Shown: piece by piece, positions 28,005-41,629 of the stretch
Numbering within the stretch: position 1 is the first letter of the stretch
How the letters are laid out: the number at the start of each line of letters is the position of its first letter
Source of the DNA: Paraglomus brasilianum
Taxonomy: Eukaryota
Assembly: GCA_910592345.1 (NCBI GenBank)
Contig: CAJVPI010000078.1
Span: forward strand, 1 to 59,851
DNA length: 59,851 nt
Direction: 5' to 3'
The notes under the pieces: generated by a model
The model's input: the letters and a program-made list of their open reading frames with translations, nothing else
Databases searched by the model: none
What the model was told of the DNA's origin: nothing
Made by a program: the position numbers and the translations under genes

Positions 28005-30988
28005 TGCTGCCGAATATTAATCGAGTATCAATATGTGAAAGATGGGTGCATTTTCTTCGATCCATACGCTTGTATTTATGCTGGGATGATTCTGATCTAC
28101 TGATAAGAAGTCGGGGGTCAAAATATTTAAACGTTATTTTAATTTTACCATTATTATTATTGTTATCATCATAATGACGTATCATCAACATTTTAAAAAC
28201 GTAACGCCACAAAGATTTCAGGGGGGCATCATAGGGAGATAAGTATAGATAAGCCTGCAGTATATGGCCTTTGAATTTTGTTATTTTTGAACAAAGATAC
28301 GTTCCTTTTCATAGTCTTACCACATTCAAGAGGGGAAAAAAATTTTCCACGAGACGGCATATACTATAACAGCAATATAAGTATTTTATAATACGAGAAT
28401 CATCCATTCTACCATCATTGATGCGATTTAGACTCTATATTAATATTGCACTTTTCATTAGATAATTATTTATTAATTGAGTCATATTATAAAATCTACA
28501 TGTAAAACAAGCTTTATAAAATGGCTCGAGTCAGGATCAACCGTTCAACAATAAACGTTCTGCTTTTATATATGCAAAGTCTAGGCTTTACCCAAACCAT
28601 ACTCGAACCTTGTTCCAAAACGCGTTCGGCTTTGGTAAACAGATGATCTGACTGTTCAGAAGGGTACCCGTAATTATTATCGCTAGTTTGTTATCTCGCC
28701 GTGAAGCAGATACCCCCACTATGTATCCCATAATTTAACTCGTAAGAAAAGGACGTGCGAGAATGGAAAATTCGATACAAGTTGTTGGTTTTTACATTAT
28801 TACATTGTCGCGTAAATTTAGTTACCAGAAAGTTACACAAATAATTGTTGGCCGCTACACTCGCGATTTTTATATGTGTGTCCGATTAAATAGTCGAAAA
28901 AAAGGGCGAAAAATTTTGTCCGAGTTAAGCCAAATCCGGCTTATCGAATGTCCGACTTATCGAGAGTTTTAAAAATGCAGAGTTTATTTGTAATTGAGAT
29001 GAAGTTCTTACGCCAGCTAGATTAGCAAAATAGTAATGTTTTGCAAATATTGTTGAATGAAGCAGATGAGATACGTTTCTCGTAGTTAATTGTCTTTGAA
29101 AAAAAGCTTGAAAATTTTTCAGGTAATTCTGAAATTCTCCTAAACTATTTACTGTTACCAGCCAAAAATTCTTTCTTGCGTTAAGAAAACACTTAATTGA
29201 AAAACGAATTCTCATAAGAATTCAGGGAGACTTTCTTCATTGACCGTTATGTTAGAGAATTTGAAGAAAAGGGTTGCTCACTAGAAGGAAAAATTCTTAA
29301 ATATGAGCACTGATATCGAAATCAGCGTCATTAGTAGAAAAATCTGCGGCATGTAATCGAATTGGTAGTACATTAATCACGAATTAGTTGCGAGAGCGCT
29401 ATAGGCCAGCTAGCGTGTTGTTCAGGTGTTAGTTTATTATCATAACATTCATATCAATTAAAATACTACGATAAGTAAATAATCTATCGTCTCATAACAA
29501 CAACAACAAGCAGCTGAAAATGATACTCTTAAAGGACGCGTCGAAATGAATTGTCTAGTATACACGTCAACTTAAAAACATAATCAGCAATATCGACTGT
29601 TTAGGATTAGTTACTTCACTTCATTATCTTTGGAGGCACTAACTGACGTAAGTTTCAAGCAACGTAAATGTGACGTCCAACCCGGAATTTTGTCAACTAG
29701 CTTTTAGCATGTAAATGCAGCTTGGAACAAAGTCCTCCATTATTTCCACTTATCACAATATTCTCCAATATGTGATAATTATCCAAGTTTTCATTTAACA
29801 TGGATATCCTGGCGAGGAAAACCGTACTGTTTATACGAGATGATTAATACGATAATATGACACCAATGTCAAAGAAAATAGTGATATTTCAGTTTGAATC
29901 GGCAACACGGCAAATTAGGGTCAACCCATGTGTGCTCAATAAAGACCCACAATTGTGAATCAGCGATTCTCTGTGGCGTTCAGTCTTTCCCTGAACCCCT
30001 GAAATCCTTTCCCATGCACGCTTCATATCAATATACGAAAAAGGAAGAGATAAGGTACCCGACTCTTCTGTTATCGTTATCAGCTGACGATCTTCTTATC
30101 GCGATGTTAGCTGATAAGCTAGGCGATTTTCGGATTAGGCTCAGCCAAACTTTCTATCAAATCCCGTATAAGCATTCGTATTAGGTTATGTACGACTAGA
30201 GCAGAGGCCGGGTTCCCAGTGAAAAAGGCTCAACTGCGATCTAGAAGAATCGTTTGGCTCGCCTATTATCGTATCTACAAAGCTTTATCATGCCGAAGCA
30301 CTCAAACTAGGAGACGTTCTCGAGGGCGATTTAAAAGGACTGCCACACAGTAAATCAATAAAATCGAACTCACACCCTCCTGTATGAGCACCGACAATGA
30401 TTGAGAGTAATGTATTATCCGCCAGCAAGAATCTTCGAAAAGCAGAACGTACCTGTGGTACCTGTGGTACCTGTGCTGCTATTTACTCTCATAAACTCTA
30501 AGTCGGCATATTATGTACGTATGTCTTTTTATGGTAACACAAATTTCGATTGCTTTCTACACTCAAACAGATTTCATATGATGCGCGTTTAAGTTTAAAC
30601 CATCTTTGTATTCATATATTTTGCTTGCCATTTTTTTAGTTACTATTGTGACTGGGCCACCAAGATTCTATGGAGTGCCTTGTGGACGTGATGGACGTGA
30701 TGGACGTGACTATTATTATCAATTTAACGTTCTTTGTTTATGCCGATATCTCGCCCCGTGAACGAATTTGGAACTATCACGGAAAACTGCGAGTCTATTC
30801 GCTGGGATGACTGCAACGATGATACGAAAATGGGATACCAAAGGTCAGCTACAAGGTCTCTCAGAGAATGATGTTGTTCTGTGATCGAAAGGAATGTTAA
30901 TGCTTAAAATTTACACAATAGCGAGAAACAAATTGAGGCTCTATGCACTTTACGGAGATGACCGGAATGAATTTGTAGAAATCTGCAA

Positions 30989-31100
30989 CTGATAGATACC
31001 CCGGGTTAAATGCTATTACTATATACGTTACCCGCATCTGATAGATACCCGCTGCTATTCCGATGGTTAAATGCTATTACTATATACGTCACCCGCATCT
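30989..31100 (+). repeat. Imperfect tandem duplication of 50-60 bp
   Basis: ctgatagataccc...ggttaaatgctattactatatacgt(t/c)acccgcatct occurs twice. Confidence 0.85.
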
Positions 31101-31384
31101 ATAATAATCACCTAGTTTCAAAGTCCTCGAACTTTCCATTTATACAATGTAGAAAGGAAAAACGACCGAGCTTTGGAATTGCACCCGTATGTATGAAGTG
31201 TGTTGTCCACGTTCGGTGCGAAAGTAATAGTAAGCATAAATGTGTTTTCTTTCTCTATGAATCACGTTAGAGCTCATCCTCCCCCAAACTAACAGAACTA
31301 CCAGAATAGCGAATATGATATCTTTGTTTCGATTCTTGTTTATGAAATCGTACTAAAATATATGTTCAAACTGAAGTTTCACTT

Positions 31385-31620
31385 ATGAGAGAAGAAGACA
31401 CGTCAAGCACTGAAAAAATTAAAGAATGGAATGTTGAAACGCTCATTGATTTTACAAAAAAGCAAAAACTAGATCTCGATGATGACGATTAAACAGAAGA
31501 TTGAAGGTTGCAAAAAGAATCATAAACATATCAAAGAGCGAAAGAAACGGTCATGTTAGTACAATATTGATAGCAACAGCCTTCGAGACGTTAACAGTTT
31601 ATACCTATGATCGCACAACA
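31385..31620 (+). pseudogene. Fragment of a SAM-like N-terminal domain gene (Glomeromycota expanded, CRN-associated type)
   Basis: STEKIKEWNVETLIDFTKKQKLDLDDDD*, followed by broken ERKKR and YNIDSNS segments. Contains in-frame stops. Confidence 0.45.
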
Positions 31621-32193
31621 TTATAAAGCGGCGATTTGTTACTGAAAAATCACTTTAAGCATTGGCAATAACTAAAAGCACTGTCTTATTATAACAAATA
31701 AATAATGTAGCTATAGGATATGCATTTTTCATGAAAAGGAGACAATTCTAGTCTTAAAATAACCATATTAATGCTATTACAGCACAAGATCAAATAAATA
31801 CCGTAGCTATATGAACAAAACATGGAATTACATAACTGCTTGATATGTTATTATTATGTCGTCATGAAGTTTAATGCCGTCAATATCGTCATTTTATACC
31901 TTAACTTAATCGGCAATTAAAATGCAAAAATGAAAATAATGACAAACTATACAACTATTGGTTGTTTCTGGCTTGCTACTAACTTTTTTTTAAACAGCTT
32001 CAAGCAAAAATAATTGTATTAGTTGTTATTATTCCAATGCTAATAATCCCAAGCACTAATACATTTTTAGAAATCGAATCACATGATAAAGGGAGCACCG
32101 ATCCTTTAGGTTGTGCTGTTATATTTCACTGTTGCAAGTCCAACTCTTTCTCAATAGTAAGTTATATTTCCTGTCAACCAATTACTTCAAGCC

Positions 32194-34235
32194 ATGGATC
32201 CATACTCTAAACATGCTCAAGAGGAAGCTTCCCCAGGATATTCCTATCATCAATGTAAGATAAAGTCTACAGTTGAACCACAGCAGGGCCCATTACAACC
32301 ATGTACCCACAACGATGAGTGCTTTTTGAGCGACTTGTTATTTGCTTTCCAGATGAGAGAGCAGTCTGGAAAGTTATAATAACACTGTGAATTATGCATA
32401 AATAATAGCCCTGTCCACAATATATACATATATTAGTTATACGACATTAACCTTGTATATTTGACATGGCGGCTGTTATAAACTAATCCTTTATTATACT
32501 TAATATTAGATGACGACGCATCGTATAATCAAGGTGAGTATTGGGGGGACTGCTTTACCTAGTTAATATTATGGGAGAGCTCCAACTGGCAACCAATAGC
32601 TTAATTAGTAAAACTATTCAAAAACAAGATAAACGACGTGGTCAACGGCGGTCTCCATTGCAAGGTTATTCTGGCCAGCAAGATGACTCGAACGATGCAT
32701 CAGCATATTCTGCCTATTACGGTGGTTATTCCGGCCACGAAGCCTCTGTACCGTACAACGAAGATCAGAATGCTCAAGCTATTGGGGGGATAAATCCGTC
32801 TGCTTCTCAGTATTCAGATGCCCCATATTCAATAGACAGTGGTAAACAAGCGTACGATAGTAATACGGGCGATTATAATAATGACGCCTATGGTGGATAT
32901 GATAGCAAGAAACCTTATGGAGATGCATATAATGGAGACTATTATTCTCGAGAGGGCGGTAAAGAAACGTCTGCATACGCGTCAGCTAAACGTCCGGGAT
33001 CATATGATGACTATGGATCAAGAGGATACGATGACAGGTCCGGTAAAGGTAATTAAAGAAATTGATTAGACACAAATATTTATGGATGCGAGAACTTTTA
33101 TGTTGATGTCGATTGGTATCTTTTATTAGGGAACGCTGAAGAGCCAGTAATTCAGACTATCCCTGATACTATTTATATCTCCAACTTGAGTGAGGATGTT
33201 ACAGAAGAGAAATTAGCCGAGTTCTTTGGAAACCTTGGAAGGATCAAATTTGATAAGAAGACTGGAAAGCCTAAGGGTACGATTAATAATATTGTATAGG
33301 ATGTTGTAACGCTATCAAATGTTACATGAATTGCTTTGTTTTATGTAGTATGGATCTATTACGATAAAGTCACAAATCGACCAAAGGGGGATGGTAAGTC
33401 ATAAACGTTGTCTTTGTATATATTTAGTTTTAAATCGTTCCGAAGCCTGACGATTGTTTTGCCTCTTGGCTAAACATGTAGCTACCCTGACATTTGATGA
33501 CCCAGACTCGACAACTGCAGCAATCGACTGGTTCAACAATAAAGAGTTTCTTGGCCAGGTGAAGAATCATCAATTACAATTTGTCTAAACCTTAATAATG
33601 AATGATACACGACTAACTCGTGATACCGTGCATCCATTTTGACTAGACTATTAAAGTAGAAATGTCCGTACGGAAAATGAACCCTGCTTCGTTCAGAGGC
33701 AGCCGCGGTAGAGGCAGAGGAGGAGGGTTTGCACCACGTGGTGGCAGAGGAGGCGGCGGCGGCGGTGGTGGTGGTGGTGGTGGAGCAGCTCCGCGTGACG
33801 GAGATTGGACATGTGAATCGTAAGTACTGAACCATATGTAATTCACCGATTGCTTGCACTACAAGCATATCACTGATTTCTTTCTCTTCACTTTGTCTTA
33901 GTTGTCAATCCAATAACTTTGCAAGACGTTCGGAATGCTTTAAATGTCGGGCCCCACGACTCGATGCTGCACAATCAGATTCCTACAACTCCCGGTACAA
34001 TTCGCATTCACCGTCTGGACGCGGCGGCGGCGGTGGAGGCGGTTATCGTGGGCGCAAAGGTGGTTATTCTCACGGCAATGGCAATAACAACAGTAGTCGT
34101 TACCATGATAATGATAGAAGTCGCGGATATCGTCATGGGGATAGCGGTGGATATGGTGGTGGCTATCAACAGGGTTATCAGCGGCCAGCTAAAGGTGAAG
34201 AGCGCCGTGACACCGGTCGGTTTAGGCCGTATTGA
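32194..34235 (+). CDS. FET-family (FUS/EWSR1/TAF15-like) RNA-binding protein: S/Y/G/D low-complexity N-terminus, RRM, RGG, RanBP2 zinc finger, RGG, PY-NLS
   Basis: RRM DTIYISNL..VTEEKLAEFFGNLGRIKFDKKTGKPR|VWIYYDKVTNRPKGD|ATLTFDDPDSTTAAIDWFNNKEF; RGSRGRGRGGG; RDGDWTCES|CQSNNFARRSECFKC; C-terminus ERRDTGRFRPY* with TGA 34233-34235. Confidence 0.9.
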
Positions 34236-35289
34236 ATACAAGGAGAAACTGCGAGTGGTTAATTGTGTGAGATGAGAGAGGTGGTTATAAGAGGAATTAT
34301 TATAAGAGAAAGCAAGAGGCAGGCGTAATCGTGTCTGTCCTTGATTTTTTTATTTGTTTATTTTGATCATGTGATACGATACCCATCAGCCAGCTATGCA
34401 CTCGGGGCAGTAAGGGGATATTTGAATTTATTTACTGATCAAAAAGGATAGCACCTGGTTGATCCGTTGAGGCATCATTGAGGATGTGCCTTGCGGTATA
34501 CAATATATTGTAATATGTTTAGCATGGTTTTAGTGCATCGGGTAGGTATTGGGTATGTTCATTCACTATCACACAGAACAGGAATCCTGCGATTAATATC
34601 TGACTTAATATCTATGAACACAAATATCAAAGAGGCATCGGGGTTAAATTGAAATTGGTGACGGGTAGGTATGCGCGGATGAAAAAAAAACGTGTATGAG
34701 AATGATCCAGCATTAATTCGGCTTGTATACAGCGATGACCATAAATCAGAATCCCAGAACGATTCGATGGAGAGAGAGTGCTTGGAATGATTATCATGTT
34801 TGCGCGTCTACGTTATACGAGGGTTAGTTAGGAAAATCTGCTATTGTGATACTATTCATTGATAATATTCGCTATTGTCTTAGAGATTCCCGCAGCTGAA
34901 ACAAAAATGACGACACGATGCTTGTATATTAGATCTATTACTATTGCCAAAATAAATCTATTCGTACTCCATAGTACGACGAAGGGTACCAATCGCCGAA
35001 AAGACTTATACTTCCTATAACTTTTTATATCCCATAACCAGTTAACATGGTTCCCCAAATCTCATTTCTTCCGGTTATGTTACGCGCCAATACCAAATAG
35101 TGATAATTTATAGACAACCGAAAAATTGATTGTCATACGATTCATGATTGCAAGTTCAAAAGGAATTTTTATATCCTAATCAATAGCTAGCTTTAAGGTT
35201 CTAATTGCTTAATGTGCTAGGAAAAATTATAAACGTACAAGTTTTACATTTTATGGCCCAGTAAACTACTATAAAATCAAGAGTGAAAT

Positions 35290-35460
35290 TACACAACGAA
35301 TGATTGAAGAGGCAGATCCATGCTTAAAACGCTTTTTTGATCAATTAGTCGAGGTTGTAAATAACCGTTCAGCTTATAATAAAACTGAAAAATCAATTGT
35401 GAGTTTATGCTACGTGTATATGATGGCTGGAATGAGAAGTTCGATTATATTTATTTATTA
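35290..35460 (+). pseudogene. Short remnant of a repeated, probably transposon-derived gene family
   Basis: MIEEADPCLKRFFDQLVE...RSAYNK..KSIVSLCY.MMAGMR is protein-like but isolated and truncated. Confidence 0.35.
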
Positions 35461-36164
35461 TCAGAAGCATCACGTACTATAAATCCTATTGAGCGAGCTT
35501 GAATGTCGTATCACAAAACAAACCCCACCACCAAAGACGTTTTCAAGAATATACAACTTGAAAATATACGCAATTAAGCTTGTTCTTTGAAACCTTTTAA
35601 AAGTTTTATTAATTATTAACGAACACACTGCGCTAAATTCGCAAATTTGGGGTATTTTAAAGCTCGATCCCGCTGGTAACAAGCATTCGTACCATACTTT
35701 GCTATTTACAAGCTTTTATTATTTTCTGTTTACTGAGGAGGAGTATTTCCAATACGCAAACGTAATAAATAATACAGAAATCTTCAAATAGCGCGGCTAA
35801 TTTATAGCGTTAAAAGATATATCACAAAGATCAGCCTTGAGCAAACGATGAGTAACATCCTTTTTTGGCGATAATAGCATTTTCACAAAGTGCCAATATG
35901 AGAAAAGAATAAATAAATGTCCGTTTTAAACTTTCGTTTTTCTTTTGTAGCACTGATTATGAAGAGTAAATGCCCGATTAACAGATCCTGACCAATATTC
36001 AATATTCGTCAGGATCCCATCCCCTCGCTCGCAGAAAATATACAGCTCTTGAGAAATTATAGATTTATTTTGAATACGTAACTTGGGAACAGGTACTTTT
36101 CGCGCAATCAGTCTCCCTAATGCATGCTCTTGGGACTGAGTTGAGGGCGTACATTTAGAGAATA

Positions 36165-36548
36165 CAGTCGAACGTTACCGAAGGATTTTTACATAGGATC
36201 ATACGATTTTTGGTCGTACGATTGGTTCGTCATACGATTTTTGGTCATACGATTTCGCATCATACGATTTCAGTAGTCATATCTGCACATTGCAGTATTA
36301 TAGTATGATTTAGCTGTCATATTTGTGTGCCAATATTTTTGATCGTATGATTTCAGCCGTATTTCGTATCTACTGTATATTCATGTATTATTGTTTGTAA
36401 ATTGAAATCGAGATATTATTCACACAAATCTCATTATAACGAATATTGCTTGATCCTAGACCTAACTTTGGTACCTCACTATACCGAATGTCTCGTTATA
36501 CCGAATCATGGAGGCCTCGACACTTCGGTATAACAAGATGTTCAACTG
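36165..36548. mobile_element. Degenerate pogo-like MITE with internal catacgattt repeats
   Basis: Left end TA-cagtcgaac.gtta.ccgaag resembles the reverse complement of the right end, TA-cagttgaacatcttgttataccgaag. About 5 tcatacgattt-like units lie at 36199-36270. Confidence 0.6.
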
Positions 36549-37109
36549 TATATAGAGATCATGCATTTGGAAATCTTATTATGAATTTACGTGACTAATA
36601 TTTCAATGCATTCTTTGATAAGTAATATCACGTGAGTGCATTTACAGAATTATTTTTCATATAGCGATCGATAGTAATAGCCATGAATACGGAACCTATT
36701 GCACGTGCAGAATATAGAGGATGTGCATTTAAGCACTAGTCGTGCATTTAGAGAGACTGCATTCATGTACAGGCCCAAGTACTAAATTTGGTAAATAGAG
36801 AAATTGTTCTATACATTGCTGCAGTGTCACAAACCCTTGAATATACTGCAAATCCTCTTACAGGCCTGTAAGCATACATGTGCGTTTAGGTCGTTGCATT
36901 CTTTATATCTCACAGAGGTAGGTGGCCTTTGTTTTCTATGCTTGCTGTTCTAGCCGAGTTTGTAGACCAATGTACTCTTGGCAACCGTCCTATTGATATT
37001 GGCCATGATGTCACGAGTATTGCGATTGGTTGAAAATATGACTTAACCTGTCAATTGAATTTGATTTTCGATTGTTAACAGTTTAGGAATGGTGTGATTT
37101 GCCTATGAA

Positions 37110-37165
37110 TGATTTGTGCGTTGATTTGTGCGCGTTGATTTGTGCGCGTTGATTTGTGCGTTGAT
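37110..37165 (+). repeat. Minisatellite (tgatttgtgcg[cg]t)x4
   Basis: Read directly. Confidence 0.9.
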
Positions 37166-37962
37166 GACCGATCCCCACTTCCAAGACCACGGCTTAGTGC
37201 TCACGACTTTTGAAGCTAGTAAAAAAGAAAGCAAAAGAGTAGTACTGTTGCCCAAATCTGTACAATGTCGTTCGTTGGTATTGGTTCTATAGCGGGTTCT
37301 CGTCTCTCAAGTCAAATGAAGGGGTCTAGGTATCCGGTTAGTATTGTCGTAATCTTGTGTAATTTACACTCCCCCAAAATACAAAAATGTCCAATCACAG
37401 ATCTACGACATTCCAAGATTAACCTTTGTTGGCACATGTTACCGTCATACGCACATGCCACTGCTAATAAAGTGTCTCAAGAACACACGTTATCGCATTT
37501 CGTAGTCTCGAACGTAATTACAAACATTTGATATTTCATGATTCTGGGGGCCGTGCATCTGCCGCATTTTCACGCGAAAGTACGACATTCAATCCCTGAG
37601 CACTTTAATAAAAGCACATGAAATTTCAAAGGGCTTGCTGCGTGTGAGTAAAAATGAACGCCCCAACAATTTGATCTACAACTTTGTCAATCTGGTACTA
37701 ATATATATTCTGACTTGTTTCTATTAACTCGGCGACACATGCTTCCGAATGGAAACGTCATGAATATCAACGGCTAAATTGTGGGCTAATTTCATGTGGC
37801 ATGAGGTGACGGGATGAGATATGAAATTCCGGGGATGGTCAAGCTCTATAAATTGACGCCTTCTGTCCTGGCCAGAAGAAGTTATCGACTAGTAAACTGA
37901 AAATCGATACAACTTTAGAAAAATAATTTCTCACTTCCCCAACTTGAAAATACATTCCCACA

Positions 37963-39189
37963 ATGTCTTCTTCTTCTTCTTACACTTCTTACATGAATCA
38001 AGTGAAAAACGCGATCGAAACTGGTACTAGAGAAGTTCGTCATTTGGCGACTGAAGTTGGAAACGAAGTGAAAAAGACGGCCGAAAATAATAAAGTCAAT
38101 TCGCCTTTACCCGCGGATGTTGGTTCTGAAATTCAGAAGGTTGCTACTATTCTAGCTGGCTTTACTGGTAAGTTTGCAATACGTGACAAGTCATTCAGAC
38201 ACGGATTCTTTATCTTCAGTTGGACACTATCGTTTAACTTTAATATTTCCTTCACATTAGACCCAGCTAATGCAGAAGGCGGTCTCGATAATGTCATACC
38301 AGCAGAGGTTGTTCGACATGCGAAAGGTCTCGCTGTATTCACTGTCGTCAAAGCTGGTTTCGTATGGTCAGGAAGAGTAGGCTCAGGATTGGTTATTGCT
38401 AGATTAGAAGACGGGAGTAAGTATATTTGTATTGCTTGCTTTGCAATTATTCATCTTCTCGGACCAGTACATTGACTAACGTTCGATGTCTCTTTTCCTT
38501 CCAATTATAGATTGGTCTGGTCCATCATCCATCAACATTGGTGGCGTAGTATGTATTGAATCCGAAGATCTTTACGTATTTATTTCGAATGTCACATACT
38601 TACATTTTCATGTTTCCTGGGATAGGGTTTTGGCATGCAAGTAGGCGCTGACGTAACCGATTTCGTGATTGTTCTTAATACACCCGACGCAGTCAAAGCC
38701 TTCAGTCGTGGCGAGAACTTGACACTCGGTGGCAATCTATCAGGTGACTACTCTTTGGAAATCTTTCAATCAGCAATATCTGATGAAACTCACACGCGTT
38801 TGCATCCTATCTATTAGTATCTGCTGGTCCTGTTGGTATTGGCGGAGAAGTCTCTGGAAGCGTAGCTGAACGTGCTCCTCTGTGGTCATATAGTAAATCA
38901 AAGGGACTCTTTGCTGGTAAGTATCGAACTTCTACCCTATTGATGAATGTATCAAGTATCATGTTATCGTTTTTTTAAATCTGGCTTTATACTTTCAGGC
39001 ATATCTGTTGAGGGTACGGTTATAATCGAGCGCAAAGACGCTAACAAGAAGTTCTACGGAAAAGAGGTTACCGCAACACAAATTCTCTCCGGCGAGGTTG
39101 AAACTCCACCGGTCGTAGCCAACGTCCTTTACGAGGTCATCAAACGCGCCGAATCACGCAAGACAGAAGATGCCGACCCCTCGTCTTAA
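37963..39189 (+). CDS. Ysc84/SH3YL1-type SYLF (actin/lipid-binding) domain protein lacking SH3, 6 exons
   Basis: NSPLP, VIPAEVVRHAKGLAVFTVVKAGFVWSGRVGSGLVIARLEDG.WSGPS, GFGMQVGADVTDFVIVLNT..AVKAFS..NLTLGGNLSVSAGPVG, WSYSKSKGLFAGISVEG..IERKDANKKFYG. The stop follows directly after the domain. Confidence 0.9.
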
Positions 39190-40863
39190 GTGTTGATATA
39201 GGCAAAAGGGATATATCGAGTGAATTATAATATAGATAGTAAAAAATAACATCATTGCAGTTATTATAACTAATAACAATCAAATGTTACTCGACTGCAG
39301 TATAACTTTTTGATATATTTAGTCATTATTTTTAACACAATAAAAATTTAATTGCTTATTAGACAATACCACAATCTTGAGTTTGCTTATGGCACATAAA
39401 AATTATGAGAATGGTCACTGCGATGGCAATTCCATACGCGTTGATTATTTGGACTCGGCAATGCATTAAGATCGAACCCGATTCAAGTTGCAATCGATAT
39501 GTTAGTTAAAAATGCCATTCATCATCAGTTATATTTGATCAAGCGTGCCCCATATACTGTATATGCACAAAGAATGTGCACAGAATGTTCATTCAAGACT
39601 GTAAAAGTCCAGGACATTGAACGCGGCACTACATACGATCCCCAACAATAAAGTAGATAGTATTAAATATTCTATTTTATAGCCATCCGACTAATGAGTG
39701 CCGGTTTGGTTGATCCATTGTAAATCTTCTACATCCCATCGCTCATCCATATTGTTTCACATGATATACCAAAATGAAGGAAAGTGGTCCAATACCAACA
39801 AGCAAAAGTATGGGTGAAATAGAATGCTAGACATGAATCATGGTATATAATAAACATCTGTGTTAGTTCATAACACTGGATATTGGTTCAATTCAATACA
39901 TACAATTAACGCTTCCTCCAGAAACACCAATAACTCGTTTTCCTAAGTCCGTCACATTGCTCGTTTCTTACCGCCTTATCCCCCCATCGTATCCTATAGT
40001 GTTTACAAGCTATTAAGTACACGACTCTTGCTGAATATACACGGCACCACAATGACCACCGGGATGCGCTCTTCGTATAGTCGCGAAATAATAGTTAGGT
40101 TCAGACCGTTCTCAAAATATTACGAAATATCCACAACCACAACTCACCGACACTGTCGCCAAGTTCTCTTGGAAGCAATCGGCGGCATCGCCAGCCATTA
40201 TTCTCAGAAGAAAGGGTGAATTGTTTTTCTGTGGTTGTAGTGTGCAGGATGTTTGGTTGTTTTAGATGACATCTCGATCGCTCGGATCCAATTTCCACGT
40301 TAGATAGGACGTAAAAAGGGAAAAGTCTCTGATCCATCATAAATCCATATGACAATCATGCATTATGAACAGCGGAAACGTTGGTAATGCAAATCCATAA
40401 GCTAAATATCCCACATTCGCACAAATTGACATTTCTTCATATGACGTGAAGTGGTCTTTAAACTCAAGATCGAGTTTATGGGATGGGCTAAGAGAATGTT
40501 CTTGTACATCACGATGAAATTCGCCTGTTCGTAGTTGCGTAACATGCAAAATCCGATACTGATAATCATTTAGCAAAAAAGGAAACCAAAATCCTACATA
40601 AGAAACGTCAATATACTGGTTTGTTTGTTTTTTACCAAATCGATCACAACAGTCTACAAAACAGCTTTCTATGTACTTTAACGTGAATCAAATTTGACTA
40701 TTCTCACATTGACAGTAATGTAATAATTGCACTTTCCTATAAACATAACTCTGCTTACACCAGCTTTCGCGTATATTCTGTAACAATGTTTTATTTTATT
40801 ACCGGAAACTTTACGACACATGCTGCATGTATTTGTTGTTTGTTATACTGTATTCATTTCTCA

Positions 40864-41629
40864 TTACTGAGATTGTTCGAAATCATAATAAAACATCAGC
40901 GCATCAACCAAATCTTCATGATCACGTAATCTTCCAGCCTTTGGGATTCGACCGATTTCCTTAAAGCCCTTTCAATTGCATAAGACTACTTCAGAATACT
41001 CCACGAGCAATAAAAATCAATATTCACAATACCAGATATGTACACTACCAGATCTCTCCAAATCTTTATGGAACCAATGTTAGTCTCAAAAACAAGATTA
41101 AACACGGAAGCTTTGTATCCCAAAGCCGGAGCAATCTTAATGAATGCGCGTGCCATTGCTTTACCTACACCATTATTGCGATATTTCCTAGGAACCACAA
41201 ATCCAGCATTACATATCTACAGGAGCAAAAATGTACGTATATATGGAGTAATTTTAAAGAGCATGAAAACAAAAAGGTAATTTCAACTATTCTCCATACA
41301 TGCGAACATCGTCCCGGATAATTGGGTTTTACGTAGAACATTCCCAAGACATGTTCGTCTCTCCACACATCTTCATTACTAATGTCCTTTACAGCAACGA
41401 AAGCATCGTGACTCAAGAAATAATTCCTAAATTCGTCAACATTCAGTGGAAACTCGTGCGGATATGTATTCCCATCTTCAATAATTTCGTTTAATAAAGA
41501 GTTCAAGCGAGTTATTGATGAGGAGGGAGTTACAGAAGTAATCAGAATGGGAAATCCTGATTTAAGGGTTGAGCGGATAGGCAGAATATTTGAGGGAGTA
41601 GAAAGAGGACGTGGAATATTCTCGTTCAT
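40864..41629 (-). CDS. GNAT N-acetyltransferase, Mpr1/Aca1-like (azetidine-2-carboxylate acetyltransferase family), 3 exons
   Basis: IEDGNTYPHEFPL, LGMFYVKPNYPGRCSH|ICNAGFVVP..RNNGVGKAM...LGYKASVFNLVFETN..SIKIWRDL|GFKEIGRIPKAGRL. Stop TAA 40864-40866. Confidence 0.88.

Noticed and set aside
33533..34275. Poly-Pro, poly-Thr and poly-Ala ORFs on other frames and strand
   Set aside because: Shadows of the Gly-rich RGG codons of the FET gene
34453..34465. ACCTGGTTGATCC, identical to the 5' start of 18S rRNA
   Set aside because: Only 13 nt match. The sequence after it is not rRNA, and there are no convincing C/D boxes on the opposite strand.
39900..40580. Broken protein-like frames on the minus strand
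   Set aside because: Probably a pseudogene, but no recognisable motif supports a call
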